DNA of 47,059 nt from a virus (lineage: Duplodnaviria; Caudoviricetes), in IMG/VR virus record IMGVR_UViG_3300033414_000002, positions 1 through 47,059 of that record; one strand, 5' to 3'. The notes beneath the pieces were generated by a model. That model had not been told where the DNA came from. It saw only the letters and a program-made list of their open reading frames with translations, and did no database searches. This document shows, piece by piece, positions 40,819 to 47,059 of this stretch. The first letter of the stretch is position 1, and each line of letters starts with the position of its first letter. Position numbers and translations under genes: made by a program.

Positions 40819-40893
40819 TGGAGCGGATACGGAGAATCGAACTCCGATGATATGGATTAAATCCAAACGCATGACCAACTTTGCTATATCCGC
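40819..40893 (-). tRNA. Putative ochre-suppressor tRNA (TTA anticodon, Gly-type body)
   Basis: GCGGATA/TATCCGC-T-CCA; TTTGG-ATTTAAT-CCATA; 4-nt variable loop; perfect T-arm. Confidence 0.75.
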
Positions 40894-41041
40894 ATTAAAT
40901 AAATCCAATTAATATAAATTAAAACAGTCATAGTGATTAGTTATGATACATCTTAATTTACAGCAAGTTTAAACCGGATAAAACTATAATCTTGCGTTGC
41001 CTTTAACCCTCTCACGAATCACCGTTACCCAGTTAAATATA

Positions 41042-41116
41042 TGGCTCTATTTCTTGGAATCGAACCAAGCTCACACGGATTAACAGTACTGCTGCACACC
41101 TTGTGCATTAAATAGA
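41042..41116 (-). tRNA. tRNA-Asn(GTT), degenerate anticodon stem
   Basis: TCTATTT/AAATAGA-G-CCA, CTGTTAA loop, perfect T-arm; mismatched anticodon stem. Confidence 0.7.
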
Positions 41117-41122
41117 ATAAAT

Positions 41123-41199
41123 TGGTCAGTGCGGCTGGATTCAAACCAGCGACATCCTGCGTCCAAGGCAGGCTCTCTATCAGACTGAGGTACGCACTG
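41123..41199 (-). tRNA. tRNA-Pro(TGG)
   Basis: CAGTGCG/CGCACTG-A-CCA; CCTGC-CTTGGAC-GCAGG; D-loop GA and T-loop TTTGAAT deviate from consensus. Confidence 0.88.
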
Positions 41200-41218
41200 A
41201 ATATTTTTTAATTATATA

Positions 41219-42460
41219 TCATCCTTTAATATTAATCAATGGTTTTATATGATGCAATACATCAACTAAATCGCTTTGCTGATCCATTACTTTAAATATG
41301 TCCTTATAAGCAAAAGGAGATTCGTCTAATGTTGATTCATTAATCTTTCCAATGATTCCGTTCATTGTATTTGTAAAATCATCCATTGTCAATGTTTTTT
41401 GCGCTTCTTTTCTGCCTAAAACACGACCAGCGCCATGAGAACTTGAATATAAAGAATCATAATTACCTTTGCCACGAACAATAAAAGACCCGTCGCGCAT
41501 ATTACCAGGAATAACGCCTAACATTCCATCTTCTGCATGTGTAGCTCCTTTGCGATGTATCCATAATCCGTCTTTTAACTCAGCATGATTATGGTTTCTA
41601 TTAATCAACTCTGAAAAATCCAATTCATAACATGAAATATCTAAGCATGATGTAATAGAATTTACAATACGCGACATCATTTCTTTCCTGTTTGCTAATG
41701 CGTAATCTAATGCCCATTTTAAATCTTGAATATAATCTTTGCCGTTTTGTGATTCAACATCAAAACAATAATTACCCTCTTTTGGTCTTAATACGCCTAC
41801 TTTTTTAGCAATCCATTTTTGCTTATGATCTTCGTATTTATCTGGATTATACAACAATAAATCTTTATGTGTATCGTCAAATTCTTTTGATAATACTTCT
41901 GTATCACTTGATGATAAGGTCATGTAATGCGAAGCAATACCATGTCCTACGCCACGACTTCCAGAATGAATAACTACCCATACATTATCATTTTCATCGT
42001 GTCCAATTTCGATAAAATGATTTCCTCCGCCGAGTGAACCTAAAGCTAAATCATATTTTTTAGATTTAGCAATTTCCTTGCCTTTTTCCGTTAATCCATC
42101 AATTGAGTAGTTAATATGTTTTGTATTTACATTAAATCCAACAGGTATTCTTTTGTAAATCTCATCAAAAATACCATTAGCATGTGATTTTACTTGCTCA
42201 ATATCAATTCCATCAAGTTTTAATGCACACATTCCACATCCAATATCATACCCGACAAAAGAAGGAAATATAGTGTCTTTGCTGGCTACTACAGCGCCAA
42301 TAGGTAAGCTGTAACCAGTATGCACGTCTGGCATTAATGCGCCTTTAACAATACTTTCATGTTTCATAGCGCCAATAAATTGATCTATTGCGCCTTGTTC
42401 AACAACATCAGCATAAATTTTATATGGCTTGCCTAATTGTTCTAATTCTTGTACTTTCAT
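41219..42460 (-). CDS. rtcB: RtcB RNA ligase
   Basis: MPDVHTGY.LPIG, VGYDIGCGM, GSLGGGNHFIE, HSGSRG, HNH, HRKGAT, IPGNM, SSSHGAGR, DESP.AYK, C-terminal KG. Confidence 0.96.
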   Translation of the reverse strand: MKVQELEQLGKPYKIYADVVEQGAIDQFIGAMKHESIVKGALMPDVHTGYSLPIGAVVASKDTIFPSFVGYDIGCGMCALKLDGIDIEQVKSHANGIFDEIYKRIPVGFNVNTKHINYSIDGLTEKGKEIAKSKKYDLALGSLGGGNHFIEIGHDENDNVWVVIHSGSRGVGHGIASHYMTLSSSDTEVLSKEFDDTHKDLLLYNPDKYEDHKQKWIAKKVGVLRPKEGNYCFDVESQNGKDYIQDLKWALDYALANRKEMMSRIVNSITSCLDISCYELDFSELINRNHNHAELKDGLWIHRKGATHAEDGMLGVIPGNMRDGSFIVRGKGNYDSLYSSSHGAGRVLGRKEAQKTLTMDDFTNTMNGIIGKINESTLDESPFAYKDIFKVMDQQSDLVDVLHHIKPLINIKG

Positions 42461-42468
42461 TTTATTCT

Positions 42469-42735
42469 CTATTGTGAATTTATAAACTCAACCAAAACAT
42501 CCCCATGACATGCTTTAGGCTTGCAATGGCATCCTAAAACCTTGCCTTTTAACGCTAATACTTCCTCTTTGCTGGCTTTTAAATAGCCACGCTCAAAGTC
42601 ATAGCGATATTTCCTTATTACTTCTTCTCTGTCGCCGTCTATGCCGATTACGTAAGGATTGCCAAAACGAGAACCGCGACCTATGTAAATGTCGTATGGT
42701 TGTTTTGTGTCTATGTTAATTACTTTTGTTGTCAT
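42469..42735 (-). CDS. DUF4326 protein
   Basis: YDIYIGRGSRFGNP..LKGKVLGCHCKPKACHGDVL. Confidence 0.9.
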   Translation of the reverse strand: MTTKVINIDTKQPYDIYIGRGSRFGNPYVIGIDGDREEVIRKYRYDFERGYLKASKEEVLALKGKVLGCHCKPKACHGDVLVEFINSQ

Positions 42736-43093
42736 TAATTATATTAATAACTTCTTCTCCTAACCACCCATGTAAATAAGCGAATACTTCATTAGTATTT
42801 TCATCAAGATCAACGCCAATATTTGACATTATTCTAAATGTCAAATGAAATACTTCATGAAATATATCTTCATACGTTGCGCTTTTATTAAAAAACAAAG
42901 CATATCTTAATTCATTTATCGAATATGAAAACATTGCAGATGGGAAAAAATTATTATCATCAAATTCACCAAATATATGATTTCTTTTTATCCTTTCATT
43001 TATAAAGTTTTTATCAACTATTATTTCTAAGATACCACCGTAAATAGGTATTTTGAGTTCTTTAATTTTGTTGTTTTTCTTTTTTTCTTTCAC
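42716..43093 (-). CDS. HExxH-motif protein
   Basis: FHEVFH..NEVFAYL. Confidence 0.6.
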   Translation of the reverse strand: MKEKKKNNKIKELKIPIYGGILEIIVDKNFINERIKRNHIFGEFDDNNFFPSAMFSYSINELRYALFFNKSATYEDIFHEVFHLTFRIMSNIGVDLDENTNEVFAYLHGWLGEEVINIINDNKSN

Positions 43094-44168
43094 TTACAAA
43101 CCTTTGCTGCTTAATCCTAGAACACCTAACATGATTATAATTAGACTTGGACTTTCCGCATATCTCACAATTATAAACGATAGGCGCTAATATTTGCGGC
43201 TTACTGCTTTTCTTGTGACCTAGCATATCATTACTGTAAAAATCACCGTAGAAACTGTTCATTATTTTATACCGTGGGCTTTTTCAATGGCTCTTGCATA
43301 TGCAATAAATGTTGGTGTATATGATTCTCCAGCATTAAACCATATTTCTTTTATTTCTTCTTCTCTCAACTGCTCTCGCTTTGGTGGTTCTGCATAGAGT
43401 GGTCTAAATTCGTCATACCATAATGGGTATAATTGTTCATATTCATAAAATTCTGATGGTTTAAGCTTATTTTGCCATGCAACCGGCTCAATTTCAGGCT
43501 TTGCAAGCTCTGTTGTTATATATTCTGATAATTTAACAAATTCAAGATGATCAATGAGTTCTTTATGTTTTTTTGGCATAGTGTCGTCACCAACAAAAGC
43601 GTAACAATGCGCATATTCTCCAATTAGTTTCTTAGCTTTATCTATCCATTCTTGTTTGTTGTTTGTATTATTTATTTTCATTTTATAAAACTATCCTATG
43701 ATTAAAATCATGCCTAGCGCAAAACGGATCAATATGTCTAATATCTGCCTGTTCATGCCTATCATGCAAGTGTATTGTTTTTGTTTTAGGTTTTGTTTTT
43801 ATCGCATTATCAAGCTTTTTCATGTGTTTTATTCTTTTTTCTCGGCAATCAAATTTTCCAGACAAAAACATCATTTCTATATTTTTAGGTAAATTACTTG
43901 CTGGTTTTTTTCTTGGTGAATTACCTATAAAATCAATTAACTTGTATTGAAATTGCGGACTTGAGTGGTCATAAAGGATATTTTTAAAAGGTTCTGTTTT
44001 TATCCATTCTTTTACTTCTTCTTCATCATAACCAAAATTTCTTGCCTTATGCGTTATCACTACGCCAACTGGAATTGGCATATTAAAATTAGTTGACCAT
44101 TTAATAGCAAATTCTAGTTGGCTTTTGCTGACTCCCAATTCTTCTCTAATTTCTTTCCTTGTAATCAT
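43062..44168 (-). other. Hypothetical CDSs (43062-43262, 43262-43681, 43683-44168 with AlpA/Xis-like HTH start)
   Basis: Coupled ORFs; MITRKEIREELGVSKSQL. Confidence 0.65.
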
Positions 44169-44642
44169 TCTAATTCAATTACCTCTATTTCATCGCTGTA
44201 TAGCACTCTAATTCTTATTAGATTAGCTTGACCAATGGCTAGTCTTTTTGCTTCATTAACTGACCTTGCATCTAATATTGTTGAAAACTCAGGCATTGAT
44301 TTTATGTTTACTTTATATTTCATTTTATTTTTATAATATATAAAATTGATAACAATAATGCATAACCTACAGTTGCATATAGTCGATAGGTTAATGTATT
44401 AACTCTTTCTTCTAATTTTTGTTTTTCCTTTAATGCTTCATCGTAACGCTTACGCCATAATTCTCCTACTTTCATTTACTCCTCATCTTCTACTAAATTA
44501 CATAATGCAAATGATTCAATGTCGGTTAGTTCTTCTGATTTAACTGGCAATGATGCCAAATAACACGCAAATATAATCCATGTCGTAGCACATAGTATTG
44601 TTATGGATATGTTTTGTTCGGTATTATTGTTGTTTTGTTTTG

Positions 44643-45077
44643 TCATTTTAAATTCTTCATTAATCTATCATAAAGTACAACATTAACCGTTGCTGCCAAA
44701 TTCATACATCCATTAGTCGGTATATAAACAACATCACGGCACCATGATAATGTTTTCTTCCCTAATGTTGAATCCTCTGCACCAAATATATAAAAAGCAC
44801 GTTCAGGATGCACATAATCAACCAAAGATTGCGCACATTCAATTAATTCAATCGCTACTGGAACGCAATCAAATGGTATCATTGAATGTAGATCGTCTGT
44901 TTCAATTACTGGTATATTTCTGTGCTCGTTATATGTGTCTGTTGACGACCTTTTAAAACGCGTTCCTTCTATTACCATAATTGAAGAATCATAACAATGA
45001 CAAGCTCTTAATGCGCTACCTATATTGGCTGGTGTTTTAGGATTTTTTAATCCTATCGCCGAATAACCTTTATTCAT
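44643..45077 (-). CDS. SPOUT RNA 2'-O-methyltransferase (TrmH/TrmL family)
   Basis: NPKTPANIGSALRA, FGAED, VYIP...CMNLAATVNVVLYD. Confidence 0.88.
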   Translation of the reverse strand: MNKGYSAIGLKNPKTPANIGSALRACHCYDSSIMVIEGTRFKRSSTDTYNEHRNIPVIETDDLHSMIPFDCVPVAIELIECAQSLVDYVHPERAFYIFGAEDSTLGKKTLSWCRDVVYIPTNGCMNLAATVNVVLYDRLMKNLK

Positions 45078-45375
45078 TTTATTTCCTTTATTTTTATAAT
45101 TTAATAAATAAAAACCAATACTTGTGTTCTTGTCGTTACTTAATCACTATATATCTGTAACGCAATGACTGCTACCGTCTTTTTTCGGTGCGGTAGGACA
45201 CCGAGTATTGGTTTTTTTAATAAACTTTAATTGTGACAAAGTTTATTAAAAAAAGCCCTGCTAACTGCACAAGGCAAAGTGGAACACCCTTTAGGTCGAG
45301 TATTTAATAAATATACTTTTGTTAAATATATTTATTAAATTTCCATGCTTCAAAATAAAACATGGCAAAATATCG

Positions 45376-45780
45376 TTATTTCTGAATCTTAGGCAATGGA
45401 AATGGTATTGATGTGTCGCATTGACCATCTTGAGCTGCGTATGATCTAGCCTTAAAATCAACATCTGTCATACATCCAGTAGCCGCTGATACGGTAGAGC
45501 ATTTCAAAGCAACTTTTTTACCTTCATCAATCTTTACTAAGTCAATACTTGCCCATCCGTCACCCTGACCGCACTTTGATGATTGAGTAGAGTCTCCACG
45601 CATTGATATAGAAAATCCTGCATATTCTGAGTGTGATTGACGAAATGCTTTAGCATTGTATTCACTGTTTTCGTTCGCCTGAACACGACCAGATTCAACT
45701 GATTCAAAAGACAGTTCATCTTTACTACATGCCGATAATGAAGTTAAAAGAATTAATAAAACTAATAATTTACCAAACAT
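45376..45780 (-). CDS. Lipoprotein
   Basis: Signal peptide with lipobox LSAC. Confidence 0.75.
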   Translation of the reverse strand: MFGKLLVLLILLTSLSACSKDELSFESVESGRVQANENSEYNAKAFRQSHSEYAGFSISMRGDSTQSSKCGQGDGWASIDLVKIDEGKKVALKCSTVSAATGCMTDVDFKARSYAAQDGQCDTSIPFPLPKIQK

Positions 45781-45996
45781 TTTTTATTTACCTATAATTT
45801 AAGTTTAAAAGTTAATTTTCCGCTTACGTTATACGGAAATAATATAAAAACATTCCACCCATTCAGTTTGTTATTTATATTATTCGTAAGTAGATCAATC
45901 AAGAAAGGTTTTGGAAAATGACCATCTACTATCTATAGATTAATACATCTACAGCGGTAGTCTAGTTTAACCGCTAGACCGGCTATGCACAAAAAA

Positions 45997-46206
45997 TTAT
46001 TTTGTATCTTCAATATTAAATACTGCGCCATCATTACATTTTACAGCAGTTACAAAAACAGAACTTCCGTAATTAATAATTACGCTCTTTAATCCGTTGT
46101 TTTTACCGCATTGCTCTATTATCTTATCAATATGTATTGCTGGAATTTCTGATTGAGCGCATCCATGCAACAAAATCAATAATGGTATTAATATAAGTTT
46201 TTTCAT
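45997..46206 (-). CDS. Small lipoprotein
   Basis: MKKLILIPLLILLHGC lipobox. Confidence 0.7.
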   Translation of the reverse strand: MKKLILIPLLILLHGCAQSEIPAIHIDKIIEQCGKNNGLKSVIINYGSSVFVTAVKCNDGAVFNIEDTK

Positions 46207-46279
46207 TTTATTTCCTATTTGTAAGTATTAATACTTAATCTCTAAAAGTTGAGCTATTGTAATCTATCTATTAAACAAA

Positions 46280-46822
46280 TCAAGTGTTATTTTTATTTTT
46301 TATATGTTCTTTATAAAAATCCAATGTCTTTTGTTTGGCTTCTTCTGCGCCAAACGCAAAGAAATGAAAGTCACCGTTTGCTATGCGTTTTTTTGCAAAT
46401 TCCAGTTGGTCGTCACTGATAACGCTTCCTTTGATGCGCTTCATTTCTATATATAAATGCCAGTCACAAACGAATAAATCACTTGCGCCTTTCAACAGCC
46501 CCATTAAAATCTGTTTAGGTCGCTCTGCAAAAGTTCTCGTGCCGTCATTGCGAAACATGGCAATATCAATATCAGGGAATGTTTCTTTAAACCATCTGAC
46601 ATATTCTATTTGTTCTTCATCTTCTAAAGGTATTAATTTATCAGCTTTCTTCTTATTCTCCGCTTCTCTAGCTTTACGCTCCTCAGCATCTAACACTGTG
46701 TCTCTGTCTATAGTTTTATCTAATAGATAGTTTTTTATGAGTTCTTTTCGTTCTTTTATTTTAAAGCCTTGTTTTTTTAGGGAAATGTCTAGGTCATTGC
46801 TAAATACACTATCTGAAATCAT
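46280..46822 (-). CDS. VRR-NUC (PD-(D/E)xK) nuclease
   Basis: EDEEQ..GLLKGASDL..LYIEMKR..G.IS.DQ. Confidence 0.85.
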   Translation of the reverse strand: MISDSVFSNDLDISLKKQGFKIKERKELIKNYLLDKTIDRDTVLDAEERKAREAENKKKADKLIPLEDEEQIEYVRWFKETFPDIDIAMFRNDGTRTFAERPKQILMGLLKGASDLFVCDWHLYIEMKRIKGSVISDDQLEFAKKRIANGDFHFFAFGAEEAKQKTLDFYKEHIKNKNNT

Positions 46823-47043
46823 TTATCTTTCTCTGCACACTTATTGCAAACATCTATTAGTCCAAAACAATCATTTCCATCCCAATAACATCTATATTTA
46901 TGTCCGCAAATAGGGCATTGAAAACTTGGTTTTAAATTCCAAAAAGTAGGACAATCAAATAACTTATGTTTTAGTTTTCCAAGTTTTGTTCTTTTATCTT
47001 TTATATTTATTACAAATTCCATTATTCTATTTCCTATGCACAA
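46819..47043 (-). CDS. Zn-ribbon hypothetical protein
   Basis: CPIC..CNKC. Confidence 0.55.
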   Translation of the reverse strand: MCIGNRIMEFVINIKDKRTKLGKLKHKLFDCPTFWNLKPSFQCPICGHKYRCYWDGNDCFGLIDVCNKCAEKDK

Positions 47044-47059
47044 TTTATGTTTTTAAAAT

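Noticed and set aside
45266-45300. GCACAAGGCAAA resembles the start of a c-di-GMP-I riboswitch
   Set aside because: No GNRA-capped P2 or GCAAA/P3, and it is antisense to the local genes
2143-46730. Antisense or nested ORFs in the track (e.g. 2143-2361, 10435-10698, 16259-16471, 17636-17917, 26861-27187, 40428-40643, 46383-46730)
   Set aside because: Shadows of well-supported genes or RNAs; no RBS or motifs
1-47059. Genome-wide stop-codon reassignment
   Set aside because: Conserved genes are intact in code 11 and end in TAA, TAG and TGA
1-47059. CRISPR array, diversity-generating retroelement, retron, integrase, transposase
   Set aside because: No regularly spaced repeats and no reverse transcriptase or recombinase motifs seen
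1-47059. Specific host assignment
   Set aside because: NrdJb, lipoproteins and GH19 only hint at a Gram-negative (likely proteobacterial) host; not resolvable without searches

Overview
Part of an AT-rich tailed-phage (siphovirus-like) genome. The + strand carries a nearly complete virion and lysis programme: TerS/TerL, portal, scaffold, major capsid protein, accessory head proteins, neck genes, tail tube, a -1 frameshifted tail chaperone, a 1775-aa tape measure, tail tip/fibre, holin candidates and a GH19 endolysin. The head module is split by two ~7 kb islands of small ORFs (terL|portal and portal|scaffold), many behind a repeated promoter/RBS cassette. The - strand right end holds an RNA-repair module: a TrmH/SpoU methyltransferase, then RtcB ligase followed directly by five atypical tRNA/tRNA-like genes. 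These include a Gly-type body with a UUA (ochre-suppressor) anticodon, a Gln-type body with UUU, and an element whose anticodon loop is replaced by a 60-nt hairpin. A second long-armed tRNA mimic lies at 17.7 kb. Other signals: tandem NrdR-like boxes plus an orphan NrdJb, a copy of the capsid N-terminus on a small basic protein, and a 34-aa leader ORF with C-rich repeats before the tail tube. No replication genes, integrase or CRISPR array are visible. All calls come from reading the sequence by eye; no searches were run.
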